From contig CANJXC010000003.1 in NCBI GenBank assembly GCA_947478845.1, forward strand, positions 246,004-310,003: DNA of 64,000 nucleotides. Reading direction: 5' to 3'. Each line of letters begins with the position of its first letter. Position 1 is the stretch's first letter. Shown in pieces: positions 27,583 to 36,610 of the stretch. The position numbers were made by a program, and so were the translations under genes. The stretch comes from Spirochaetales bacterium (lineage in GTDB: Bacteria > Spirochaetota > Spirochaetia > JABEVK01). The notes beneath the pieces are model-generated. The model made no database searches, was not told the origin of the DNA, and saw only the letters and a list, made by a program, of their open reading frames with translations.

Positions 27583-29057
27583 CTTCCTATTTGTGCGCTG
27601 GCGATTTTGGCACTGAGCAATACGACCGGCATTCCGGCACCCGGATGGCCGCCTCCGCTCACAAACCAAAGACCTTTGTGTCGAGTGCTTTGGTTGGGGT
27701 GGCGATTGAAGGCCGCCATGGTTGAGTTCGACGACATCCCGTAGATGCTGCCGAAAGAACTGCCGGTGAGACGCTCGATGCCTGGTGGGTCGAGAACTTC
27801 CTCGTGAACCAGATGCTCCCGGACGGACTTGCCTAAGAGTTTTTCAATTTTATCGAGCACAACCTCGCGATTTTGCGCCGCCAAGGAAGCCCAGTCTTGC
27901 CCCCGATTGGGAGGCACATTGACCAAAATAAACCAGTTTTCGCAACCTTCGGGCGCGTCGCCGGGGGTCAACTTGGAGGTGATGTTGAGGTAAACCGTCG
28001 GGTCCTCGGCGGTAATGCCTTGGTCAAAGAGTTGGGCAAACTCCTTTTGGTAGTCGCCGGAAAAAAAGATGTTGTGGAGTCCGAGTTCGGGGAACGACTT
28101 CTTCACGCCCCACGTGTACACCAGCCCTGAAGACGAGGGTTGGAGTTTCCGGTAGCGTTTGGCCCAGGGCGAGTTTTCGTCTCCGAGCAGTTGGTAGGTC
28201 TTGAGCACATCCGAGTTCGACACCACGACGTCGGCTTCATAGCTCCCCTTGTCGGTCACAATTCCGGTTACCCGGCCCCCCTGGCGAGTAATTTGGGTGA
28301 CGGTTTCGTTGTAATGGTAAAGGGCCCCTTTTTCACGGCCTAACTGCTCGATGGCCGTAGGAAGGGCATAAATACCTTCATTAACCCCCGAACCGCCTAA
28401 ACTGTATTCCAGCCACGGGATAATGCCCAAGGTTCCTGGGGTTTTGTAGGGCGAAGACCCGTTGTAGGTAGCGTAGCGGCCAAAGAGTTGGAGCATCTTG
28501 GCGTTGTCGAAGTACCGGCGGTTCATCCCATCAAGGGTTGTAAACACGTCCAGAAAAGGCATGCGCAATATGCCCCGCAACCCTTCCGGGCCCAACCAGG
28601 TGGCCACCGATTGAAGGCTTTTTTCGAGGAACAACGTGCCGGCGGTCTCATACAGGAACTTCAAGTGCCGAAAGTACTTTTCTAACGACCTTTGGCTAGC
28701 CCAGCCTCGGGAACTGAGGGCAGAGATTGCCCCTTCCACCGAACCCGGCATGGCCAGGGTGTCCCCGTCTTCAAACCAGTAGTGGCAAATCGTATCGAGT
28801 TTCGTCAGAGGTACCCTCTGGTGAAAATCGGCCCCGCAATCGCGGAAAAGCTCTTCGAACACGGGCACCAGGGTGAGGTTGCTAGGCCCAGTATCGAACC
28901 GGTAGCCACCCCTGTTGGCGGTAAAGGCCTTGCCGCCCGGTCCGCTGCGGCGGTCGAACACTTCTACCTGCCAACCTTGGTTCGACAGGCGCGCGGCTGT
29001 TGCCAAGCCCCCCAAACCAGCGCCCACAATCAGAGCGCGCTTTCGTGCTGCCTGCAT
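27579..29057 (-). CDS. Phytoene-desaturase-family carotenoid desaturase, CrtD-like
   Basis: GAGLGGL FAD motif, YRFDTGPS, RYATYNGSSPYKTPG, GSIYG, HPGAGMP; the CrtD versus CrtI assignment is tentative. Confidence 0.85.
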   Translation of the reverse strand: MQAARKRALIVGAGLGGLATAARLSNQGWQVEVFDRRSGPGGKAFTANRGGYRFDTGPSNLTLVPVFEELFRDCGADFHQRVPLTKLDTICHYWFEDGDTLAMPGSVEGAISALSSRGWASQRSLEKYFRHLKFLYETAGTLFLEKSLQSVATWLGPEGLRGILRMPFLDVFTTLDGMNRRYFDNAKMLQLFGRYATYNGSSPYKTPGTLGIIPWLEYSLGGSGVNEGIYALPTAIEQLGREKGALYHYNETVTQITRQGGRVTGIVTDKGSYEADVVVSNSDVLKTYQLLGDENSPWAKRYRKLQPSSSGLVYTWGVKKSFPELGLHNIFFSGDYQKEFAQLFDQGITAEDPTVYLNITSKLTPGDAPEGCENWFILVNVPPNRGQDWASLAAQNREVVLDKIEKLLGKSVREHLVHEEVLDPPGIERLTGSSFGSIYGMSSNSTMAAFNRHPNQSTRHKGLWFVSGGGHPGAGMPVVLLSAKIASAQIGR

Positions 29058-29116
29058 ACTACCCCCTGCCTAAGCACTCCTAATGTACGAAAAAAGTCGG
29101 CTCGCGTGGGCCGGCC

Positions 29117-30385
29117 TCAATTAGTCTTCGGCGAGTGCCGAGGGTCGCTGACCCCAAAACGATACACAGCCCAACCAGCGAGGGCCATCGCAGCACTGAG
29201 GGCAAACATCACAGGGTAGCCAAACAAACTTCCCAAAAGGCCACCAAGGAGGGGGGCCAAAGCTCCGACCAACCCTGGAAGGGTGTTGGCAAGTCCAAGG
29301 TAGACCGCCCGATCTTCGGCACCGCTAAACTCGTAAACAATGGCACTGCCAGAAATAACCTGGGAGGCATTCATGGCGCCCCTCAAGAAGAAGATCAGCG
29401 AAAAGGCCCAGGGTGCGTTTAGCAGCCACGCCAAAATCAGCGAAACCACGTTAAGCAAAAGGCCCCACTCCAGCCCTCTACGGTGCCCGAATCGGTCGGC
29501 CAAAAACCCGAAACCGAGGTTGGCTAAAGCCAACCCTACCTGCAGCCACACGGTAAACGCGCCAGCCTGCGAATCGTTGAGGCCCCCTGTCTGCACCGCA
29601 TGGACGAGCAGAAACCCTGCCGCCATGCCACTGAGCGCTGTGAGGCTTTGGCTGATCAGAAACCGTCGGAAATTGCCATCTCGCTTCACGATGGAAGGCA
29701 AACTGGATAAATAATCCAGCCATGTAGGCTGAACCACGGTGCTTTCAACGGCTGGCTCCCGGGTTAATAGCAGAAACCCCCACGAAACCAGCATGCTGAG
29801 GGCCGCAATTCCAAAGGCCAGGGTGAAACTGGTACGGAAGTCAGACATCAGGAGGAAAAAAGGAAGAGCCAGTGCCCCGAGAATACCCGTCCCGTTTCCG
29901 ATGAAATTGGTAATTCCGAAAAACCGACCTCGCCTATCGGCCGGAATGATTTTGGCAATCATGTCTTGCCAGCCCACTGTAATCACCCCTACGCCTGCGC
30001 AATGCCAGCCATACAAAAGAAAGAACGCGGTGAGCGCCCAGAGGGGCTGACCCTCCGAAAGAAACCACACCGCAATCGGCAAGAGGATGAGTGGAAGCCG
30101 CTCGAAAAAAAAGCCGACGTGAGCGGGAAAGACAATTTTCCGCGGAGCATGAGCCACCCACCGGGCCACCAACAATTGGGGCACGAGAGGACCGGCTGCC
30201 GTGAGAAACGCTATAAGTCCAATCAGTAAAGGATTGGAAGTGAAGTGGCTTACAAACAGCGGAAGGATGACCGCTGTGGATAGGAAGCTCATCCCGAACC
30301 AGAACGTGGCGCCGTCGAGGACATTAACGGTGAAGTTCCACCTGTAGTTTTTTTCGATCAAAGGCGCGGCTTCACTTTCGAGCAC
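29117..30385 (-). CDS. MFS transporter
   Basis: About 12 TM helices, RRGRFFG, GFLADRFGHR; AAGGAG RBS before GTG at 30385. Confidence 0.88.
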   Translation of the reverse strand: MLESEAAPLIEKNYRWNFTVNVLDGATFWFGMSFLSTAVILPLFVSHFTSNPLLIGLIAFLTAAGPLVPQLLVARWVAHAPRKIVFPAHVGFFFERLPLILLPIAVWFLSEGQPLWALTAFFLLYGWHCAGVGVITVGWQDMIAKIIPADRRGRFFGITNFIGNGTGILGALALPFFLLMSDFRTSFTLAFGIAALSMLVSWGFLLLTREPAVESTVVQPTWLDYLSSLPSIVKRDGNFRRFLISQSLTALSGMAAGFLLVHAVQTGGLNDSQAGAFTVWLQVGLALANLGFGFLADRFGHRRGLEWGLLLNVVSLILAWLLNAPWAFSLIFFLRGAMNASQVISGSAIVYEFSGAEDRAVYLGLANTLPGLVGALAPLLGGLLGSLFGYPVMFALSAAMALAGWAVYRFGVSDPRHSPKTN

Positions 30386-30485
30386 AGAGGACTCCTTTTT
30401 TTGACCTAGCACGAGGCGCGAAGGCTTTAACCTATCAGTTATCAAAACCGGCGTCAGCCTCTTTGGTCGTGCTACAGTCAGATCC

Positions 30486-31553
30486 ATGGAGTTCGTAATT
30501 GTTGCCGGTAGTTCCCTCGCGCTCTTCTCGTGCCTGCTTCTTCTGGCCAAGCGACCGCTGACCAGTTCCGAGGGTATCGGGATAGGTTTGTTGTTTACCC
30601 TTGTCGTGCCGATGCTCGAAAAGCTCGTTCTCGAGGGAACCCTAGGACTGCCCTATTTCCGAACGGCGGTATTTTCGGGGTCGCCTTTGGCCTTTGGTCC
30701 GCTTCTTTACCTGTATGCCCGCTGCGTGATCGAGCCCGATAGCCTCCTGACCAAGCCCCTTTGGGGCCATTTTGTTCCGTTTGTCGTCTCTGTGGTGCTC
30801 TTTTTGGTGGGCAACTTTGTTCGGTTGTCCGACCTCACGAGTTTGTTTGCCGGAATGGCCGTAATCACCTCGTTTCTGGTTTACACCTTCTGGATCGCTG
30901 TCAAACTGCGCCACTACCGACAAGGAATGAGGAACTACTTCTCTCACGATTCACTCGATAACAATCTGAAGTGGTTGGGTTGGATTACCTGGGCGTTTTT
31001 TGCTGCCTACGCCCTGGTGGTTCTCGGCGAGCCCGCGCTTGCCTTTCAGTCCACGGGTCGGGCGGATCTTTCGTACTTCCGCGATATCGGAACTCTGTTT
31101 TTTGTCGTGGCTTTTGGGTTCGGTGCCATCAAGCAGCCTTCCCTGTTCCGCGCGGCAATCGCCGAACCGGCGGCAAAAAAGTACGAACGTTCGGGGCTAG
31201 CAGGACAAGCGAGTCCGGCGCTATTGGCCCGCTTGGAAGAGCACATGCTCTTGGCCAAACCATGGCTTGACCCTGACCTCACTATCGAAGAACTTTCAGC
31301 CCAACTGGCGGTCGCTCGGCACCACATCACGCAAATCATCAACGAACAACTGGGCAAAAACTTCTACCGCTTCGTCAACGAGTACCGCGTCGAAGAAGTC
31401 AAACGGAAGATCGCAGGAGGCGAGGCCGACAGGCTCTCGCTCTTGGGGGTCGCCCTCGACGCAGGGTTCAATTCCAAATCGACGTTCAACGAAGCGTTCA
31501 AGAGCATCTTGGGCACCACACCCTCCGCGTACCGCAAAAGCGTCCGAACTTAG
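30486..31553 (+). CDS. Membrane-anchored AraC-family regulator
   Basis: N-terminal TM bundle (GPLLYLY, HFVPF), KKYERSGL, PWLDPDLT, FVNEYRVEE, AGFNSKSTFN, TPSAYR. Confidence 0.92.
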   Translation: MEFVIVAGSSLALFSCLLLLAKRPLTSSEGIGIGLLFTLVVPMLEKLVLEGTLGLPYFRTAVFSGSPLAFGPLLYLYARCVIEPDSLLTKPLWGHFVPFVVSVVLFLVGNFVRLSDLTSLFAGMAVITSFLVYTFWIAVKLRHYRQGMRNYFSHDSLDNNLKWLGWITWAFFAAYALVVLGEPALAFQSTGRADLSYFRDIGTLFFVVAFGFGAIKQPSLFRAAIAEPAAKKYERSGLAGQASPALLARLEEHMLLAKPWLDPDLTIEELSAQLAVARHHITQIINEQLGKNFYRFVNEYRVEEVKRKIAGGEADRLSLLGVALDAGFNSKSTFNEAFKSILGTTPSAYRKSVRT

Positions 31554-31570
31554 CGGGGCGGTCGATCGCG
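31523..31570 (+). repeat. 48-bp direct repeat, copy 1 (3' end of araC plus downstream bases)
   Basis: CTCCGCGTACCGCAAAAGCGTCCGAACTTAGCGGGGCGGTCGATCGCG, identical to 32259-32306. Confidence 0.95.
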
Positions 31571-31579
31571 TTGAATTTT

Positions 31580-31633
31580 ATATCTCTATAAGAGATATGT
31601 CTGATTGACAGATATTGTGGTACTGGGTAGGAT
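31580..31633 (+). promoter_or_regulatory. higBA promoter with upstream inverted repeat
   Basis: ATATCTCT-ATA-AGAGATAT (31580-31598); TTGACA(31605)-17 bp-TAGGAT(31628). Confidence 0.65.
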
Positions 31634-31639
31634 CTTCTT

Positions 31640-31921
31640 GTGATCAAGTCGTTTGGGGACTCTGAAACTGAGTCGATTTACCAGCAACGAAAATCGAGGA
31701 AGCTTCCGCCCGAGATTCAGGTTCGCGCCCTAGTGAAGCTGCTCATGATCGACGCAGCAACCATCGAGGCTGACTTCAGGGTTCCACCGTCGAATCGCTT
31801 TGAGCAGCTTTCCGGTCGACGGAACGGTTATTGCTCAATCCGAATCAATGATCAGTGGCGGATCATCTTCCAATTTGAAGACGGAGACGCTTTTGAAGTC
31901 AGCATCGTGGACTATCACTGA
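31640..31921 (+). CDS. higB: HigB (RelE/ParE family) toxin
   Basis: MIKSFGD, VPPSNRFEQLSG, SIRINDQWRIIF, IVDYH. Confidence 0.93.
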   Translation: MIKSFGDSETESIYQQRKSRKLPPEIQVRALVKLLMIDAATIEADFRVPPSNRFEQLSGRRNGYCSIRINDQWRIIFQFEDGDAFEVSIVDYH

Positions 31922-31934
31922 GGAGGGTACTTGT

Positions 31935-32240
31935 ATGCAACAGGAAGATTTGATTGCGACCCCGGGAATTGGCGACATTATCCGAGACGAGTTTCTTGTG
32001 CCGCTTGGAATCACGCCCTACCGACTTTCCAAGGAACTGAATGTCTCTACCAGTTCGATTCTGGATCTCGTCAATAACCGACGAAAAATCACGGTTGAAA
32101 TGTCGCTTCGCCTGGCAAAGTACTTTGGCAATTCGCATCGGTTCTGGCTGAATCTCCAAAACGAACTTGAGGTCCGTGAGGCCAGATCTAGACTTTCAAA
32201 GGACTTGGACAACATTCATGTCTATTGTGCGACGGTGTGA
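31935..32240 (+). CDS. higA: HigA antitoxin (XRE HTH)
   Basis: EFLVPLGITPYRL, ITVEMSLRLAKYFG, FWLNLQ; AGGAGG RBS. Confidence 0.93.
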   Translation: MQQEDLIATPGIGDIIRDEFLVPLGITPYRLSKELNVSTSSILDLVNNRRKITVEMSLRLAKYFGNSHRFWLNLQNELEVREARSRLSKDLDNIHVYCATV

Positions 32241-32258
32241 TTCTCTGAGAAAGACGCT

Positions 32259-32306
32259 CTCCGCGTACCGCAAAAGCGTCCGAACTTAGCGGGGCGGTCG
32301 ATCGCG
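32259..32306 (+). repeat. 48-bp direct repeat, copy 2
   Basis: Identical to 31523-31570. Confidence 0.95.
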
Positions 32307-32349
32307 CCACCTCCAGGCAGTAATGTCCCTCCTGTACACGGGAGGTGAC

Positions 32350-33072
32350 ATGAATCGAAATGGTTTGGAGAAAGCCGTCGTTTCCGTCCGGGGGGTCAAA
32401 AAGATGTACCCCCTTGGCAAGACCGAAGTCTGGGCCCTGCGGGGCATCGATTTTGACCTGAGCCGGGGCGATTTTATCTCGATCGCGGGGCCTTCGGGCT
32501 CCGGAAAGACCACACTGCTCAACCTGCTAGGTTGCCTCGACACCCCCACCGAAGGCGAAGTGTTTCTCGAAGGCGTCTCGACCCGCAGTTTGGGAGACGA
32601 CCAGATCACCGACCTGCGCCACCAGGTCATCGGCTTCATCTTCCAGTCGTTTAACTTGATCCCAGTGCTCTCGGTGCGCGAAAACGTGGAGTTTCCGCTG
32701 CTGATTGGCACCCGTCGGCGGCCCGCTCCCGACCAACAATGGATCGACCATCTGATCGAGGCGGTGGGGCTTTCCGACTGGAGGCTACACAAGCCAAATG
32801 AACTCTCTGGTGGCCAGCGCCAACGGGTCGCTATCGCTCGGTCGCTGGTAAACCGTCCCCGCATCGTCATTGCCGATGAACCCACTGCCAACCTCGACTC
32901 CAAGACCGGCGAAGCCATCATCGACCTGATGAAACGCATCAGCCATGAGCTTGGGACTACCTTCATCTTTTCGACCCACGACCAGAGGATCGTCGACGTG
33001 GCCGACCACGTGATTCGCATCCTCGATGGGGTAGTGGTCGAAAACTCGCTGGCGTCGGGGGTCATGTTGTGA
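32350..33072 (+). CDS. ABC transporter ATP-binding protein (LolD/MacB-like)
   Basis: GPSGSGKT, LSGGQRQRVAIAR, ADEPTANLD, STHD; GGAGG RBS. Confidence 0.95.
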   Translation: MNRNGLEKAVVSVRGVKKMYPLGKTEVWALRGIDFDLSRGDFISIAGPSGSGKTTLLNLLGCLDTPTEGEVFLEGVSTRSLGDDQITDLRHQVIGFIFQSFNLIPVLSVRENVEFPLLIGTRRRPAPDQQWIDHLIEAVGLSDWRLHKPNELSGGQRQRVAIARSLVNRPRIVIADEPTANLDSKTGEAIIDLMKRISHELGTTFIFSTHDQRIVDVADHVIRILDGVVVENSLASGVML

Positions 33073-34520
33073 AGTGGCCGGTGTTATGGACTATTGCCTA
33101 CCGGAACCTAGCCGAACACCGGCGCCGAACCCTGAGCGTCGGGGGAATCATGGCCCTGGGCCTCGCCCTGGTCATCGTGGGCAATGGCTTTCTCGATGCG
33201 GCCACCGAAGGGCTGCGCCAGTCGTACCGAGATAAGTATACCGGAGACGTGTTTTTGGCCGCGCCCACCAAGGCTTCCATTACTGTCTTTGGATCCGACG
33301 CAGGGCCAAACTCCGAGAAGGTGGCGCCCCTGTCTGGCTTTTCAAAGGTTGAAATGGTGCTAAACGCGTCGAGTCTGGTGGCACATTGGAGCGGGCAGAA
33401 CGTTGCGCGAGTGTTGTTGCTCGTGGGGGAAAAGGCCAGCGCAATGGTCCAGGTGCTGGGGATTGACCCTGATCGCTATCAGGCCGCTTTTCCCCAGACT
33501 CTCAGCTTTGAGCAGGGCGGATATTGGAAAACTGGCGACCGTGGCCTGATTTTGAACGCCGGCACCCTCGCATCGTTAAACAAGCGAGCCGGGACAACGC
33601 TTGGGCTCGGCGACAAACTCAATGTGTCGCTGGCAGTGGCCGGGGGCAAGATCGTGGAACTGCCACTGGTGGGCATTACGGCCAACCCTGTGGCTCAGGG
33701 GCCTCTGGCGCAAATCGGTTGGTGCGATAGCAACAGCCTTCGTTTGCTCAAGGGTTACACCGTCGAAGCTTCGGCGACACCGGCGACTCCTGCGGCAACC
33801 CCCTCGGCTTCGGTGCTGGATGAGGAAGCGTTGTTCTCGGGCGATTCAACCCAGCTCGCAGGTTCCTCGGGCGTCAACCTTGACACCATCACCTCCGGTG
33901 GCATCGGTCGACCAGTACCCCTCAGCGCCGACCCCAACGCCTGGGAAATCGTGACCGTGGGCCTGAAAACCGGCGTGGATTCCGAGGCCGCAGGTAAGAT
34001 TCTGTCGAAAGCTTTGGCGGAAGCAGGCGCCGAAGTTCAGGTGCAAGACTGGCTTGTCGGCGCTGGAAGAAGCGCCACCCCCGTGGTGGCGATGAAGTCG
34101 GCTTTTAGTCTAGTGATCTTGGTGATCGCTTTAGTGGCGGTATTCATCGTCACCAACGCGCTGCTCATCTCGGTTTCCGAACGAACCTCCGAAATCGGCA
34201 CGATGCGTGCCCTTGGTGGGCGCCGAAGCGTAATCCGCAACCTCATTTTGCTCGAGGTGCTCTTTCTGGGGGTGGCGGCGGGGGCCGTAGGCGTAGTCCT
34301 CGCTTGGCTTGTCTTGGGCTTTGCCAACGGTATTGGGCTTGCAGTGGACTCGACGTTCCTGCAGATGCTGTTCTCGGGCAAGCAGGTCAAACCCGTCCTC
34401 TCGCCCTTGGGCTCGTTGTTGGCGTGGGCCCAAATGGTGGCTGTGGCGCTTTTAGCTGGGTTGTACCCCGCACAAACCGCCCTGAGCCTAAGCCCCCTGA
34501 AAGCTATCCAGGCAGACTGA
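33069..34520 (+). CDS. FtsX/LolE-like ABC permease
   Basis: IAYRNL, large periplasmic loop, ERTSEIGTMRALG, three C-terminal TM helices. Confidence 0.9.
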   Translation: MKWPVLWTIAYRNLAEHRRRTLSVGGIMALGLALVIVGNGFLDAATEGLRQSYRDKYTGDVFLAAPTKASITVFGSDAGPNSEKVAPLSGFSKVEMVLNASSLVAHWSGQNVARVLLLVGEKASAMVQVLGIDPDRYQAAFPQTLSFEQGGYWKTGDRGLILNAGTLASLNKRAGTTLGLGDKLNVSLAVAGGKIVELPLVGITANPVAQGPLAQIGWCDSNSLRLLKGYTVEASATPATPAATPSASVLDEEALFSGDSTQLAGSSGVNLDTITSGGIGRPVPLSADPNAWEIVTVGLKTGVDSEAAGKILSKALAEAGAEVQVQDWLVGAGRSATPVVAMKSAFSLVILVIALVAVFIVTNALLISVSERTSEIGTMRALGGRRSVIRNLILLEVLFLGVAAGAVGVVLAWLVLGFANGIGLAVDSTFLQMLFSGKQVKPVLSPLGSLLAWAQMVAVALLAGLYPAQTALSLSPLKAIQAD

Positions 34521-34535
34521 ACCAAGGAGATTCCT

Positions 34536-35852
34536 GTGAACTTGATTGCTCTCGCATTTCGCAACCTTGTCCGCCAGAAGCGCCGGACGAGCCTCTTGGC
34601 TTTCGCCGTTGCCGTAGGGTTTGCGGCAGTGGCCCTCCTATTGGGCCTAACCGGCGGCATGTCCGACAACCTCAAGGAAAACATGACCCGTGCGCACGGT
34701 GGACACGTTTTTATCAAGGCTGAGGTGTGGAACGCCAACGGCAAGGTCATTTCGGCGCTCACACCGACCGCTGAACTCGACGCTGCCATCGCGACACAAG
34801 GCAATCTTGTCAAATCTTTCCATCGCCGATCGTCGGTAGAAACGACATTGATCTTTGGTTCGAAGTCGGCGCAAACCCGCCTCATCGGCCTCGAATGGGA
34901 AAGGGAGACCGACGTTCAAGCGGGTCTGACCGCCACCGCTGGAACCCTTCCTTCGAGCTTGGGCCAAGGGCAGGTGGTGCTCAACTCGGGCACCGCCATT
35001 CGCTTGGGAGTTCAACCCGGCGACAGCTTGCTCCTTAAGTTCAATACCCTCGACGGCCAGCAGAGCGTGCTCGACGTCACTGTGGCCGCCGTGGCCCAAA
35101 GTGACTCAAGCGGGTTGTTCGGTTCCGACAGCTACCTGGCTTTGGCGCAGGCCGGTCAAATGCTGGGCCTGGAACAGGGGCAGTTTCAAGCGCTGAACCT
35201 AACCCTCAACGATCTGAATCAACAAACCAAGGTCGCGGCCAGTCTGGAACAAACGCTGGCAGCGGTAGCTAAGGTAAAGTTCAGGCGCGACACGAAAACC
35301 GAAAACGACCCCTCTCAGATGGACCTCGGGAACGAGGGCCCAGAGGTTCGGTGGTCGGGTCCCCGGTACTCAGTGAGTATACTCGACGACTTTTTGTCGA
35401 TGTTCACCTCGCTTTTTTCCACCATTCAATCGCTTTCGCTGGTGATCTTTATTGTCCTGATGTCCGTCATCGTGCTGGGTATTTCGAACACCTTCCGCAT
35501 GATTCTCAGCGAACGCACCGTCGAGATCGGCACCCTAAGGGCCATCGGACTCCGCAAAAAGGGAATCCTGGTCGTCTTTCTGGGAGAAGCCGCCGCCGTT
35601 CTCGCCCTGGGTCTGGTTGGCGGTGCCGTGCTGGCCCTTTTGGTAGGAGCAATCCTGTCGTGGGGCACCTTCGACCTAGGCAACACCCTAGGCATCTTTT
35701 TGTCGCGCGGAAAGCTCCGCTTCGTGCCCGAACTTTCGCAAGTCCTCGCCGCGGCTGTTTTGATTTTTGCTTCCGGCCTTGTGGCCGCGTGGCGACCGGC
35801 ACGAGCCGCCGCCAACCTACTTCCTGCTGCCGCCCTCAGGAGCCACCAATGA
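34536..35852 (+). CDS. FtsX/LolE-like ABC permease
   Basis: LAFRNLVRQKRR, ERTVEIGTLRAIG, PARAAA. Confidence 0.9.
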   Translation: MNLIALAFRNLVRQKRRTSLLAFAVAVGFAAVALLLGLTGGMSDNLKENMTRAHGGHVFIKAEVWNANGKVISALTPTAELDAAIATQGNLVKSFHRRSSVETTLIFGSKSAQTRLIGLEWERETDVQAGLTATAGTLPSSLGQGQVVLNSGTAIRLGVQPGDSLLLKFNTLDGQQSVLDVTVAAVAQSDSSGLFGSDSYLALAQAGQMLGLEQGQFQALNLTLNDLNQQTKVAASLEQTLAAVAKVKFRRDTKTENDPSQMDLGNEGPEVRWSGPRYSVSILDDFLSMFTSLFSTIQSLSLVIFIVLMSVIVLGISNTFRMILSERTVEIGTLRAIGLRKKGILVVFLGEAAAVLALGLVGGAVLALLVGAILSWGTFDLGNTLGIFLSRGKLRFVPELSQVLAAAVLIFASGLVAAWRPARAAANLLPAAALRSHQ

Positions 35853-36598
35853 AGCACCTCATTCTGCTATGGGTCACGACCCTCGTGGTGCCGCCCTTCG
35901 CCTTTGCCCAAACCATGGATTTTGCCAAACTGTTGGCGCAGGTCGACAAGGCCACCGATTTCGATGACGTGGACTGTTCTGCGGTCGTCCAGCTCAAAAA
36001 GACCGACCCGGAAAACGGGAACTCCGACGAAACCTTCGCCATCTTCCGCCGCGATGCCAAAAGTACCTTCACTATTTTGCAGCTTTCCCCAGAAGCCAAA
36101 AAGGGGACGGGGTACCTCAAAAACGGGGAGGATCTCTACACCTACGACCCCAGCAGCCGCAAGTTCAGCTTCACCTCGATGAAAGACAGCTTTTCCGGTA
36201 GCGACGCCCGTAACTCCGACATGGAAAAGTCCACCCTCGCCGCCGACTACAAGGTGACGGGCTCCACTTCGGGCACCCTGGGCAAGTTCGACGTCTGGAT
36301 CCTCGAGCTCGAAGCGGTGAACACAGGTGTGACCTATGCCAAACAAAAGCTCTGGGTCAACAAAGCCAACAGCACCGCCCTCAAAGCGGAGGAGTCGAGC
36401 CCCAATGGCCGGTTGCTACGGACCAGCCTCTTCCCCTCGTACGCCAAAGTTGGATCCAAGCTCATCGCCATCCGCAAGATCTACGTGGATGCCCTGGTAA
36501 CCGGCAAACGCACCGAAATGACCATTTCAGACGCTTCGGTCAAGACTTTGTCGGACGAAATCTTCACCAAAGCCTTTCTGGAAAAGGCCACCAACTAG
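35849..36598 (+). CDS. Outer-membrane lipoprotein-sorting (LolA-like) protein
   Basis: Signal peptide AFA-Q; PEAKKGTGYL, SFSGSDARNSD, FTKAFLE; ATG overlaps the permease stop. Confidence 0.75.
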   Translation: MKHLILLWVTTLVVPPFAFAQTMDFAKLLAQVDKATDFDDVDCSAVVQLKKTDPENGNSDETFAIFRRDAKSTFTILQLSPEAKKGTGYLKNGEDLYTYDPSSRKFSFTSMKDSFSGSDARNSDMEKSTLAADYKVTGSTSGTLGKFDVWILELEAVNTGVTYAKQKLWVNKANSTALKAEESSPNGRLLRTSLFPSYAKVGSKLIAIRKIYVDALVTGKRTEMTISDASVKTLSDEIFTKAFLEKATN

Positions 36599-36610
36599 GA
36601 GCCCCCCAAC

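Noticed and set aside
31523-32306. Integron cassette (attC) interpretation of the higBA unit
   Set aside because: The flanks are perfect direct repeats of host sequence, lack a clear RYYYAAC...GTTRRRY inverted structure, and no intI is present.
32286-33065. Long antisense ORFs in the track (e.g. 32286-33065, 8245-9093, 56428-57426, 38047-39000, 34037-34885)
   Set aside because: These are shadow frames of well-supported genes on the opposite strand, expected in GC-rich DNA, and show no motifs.
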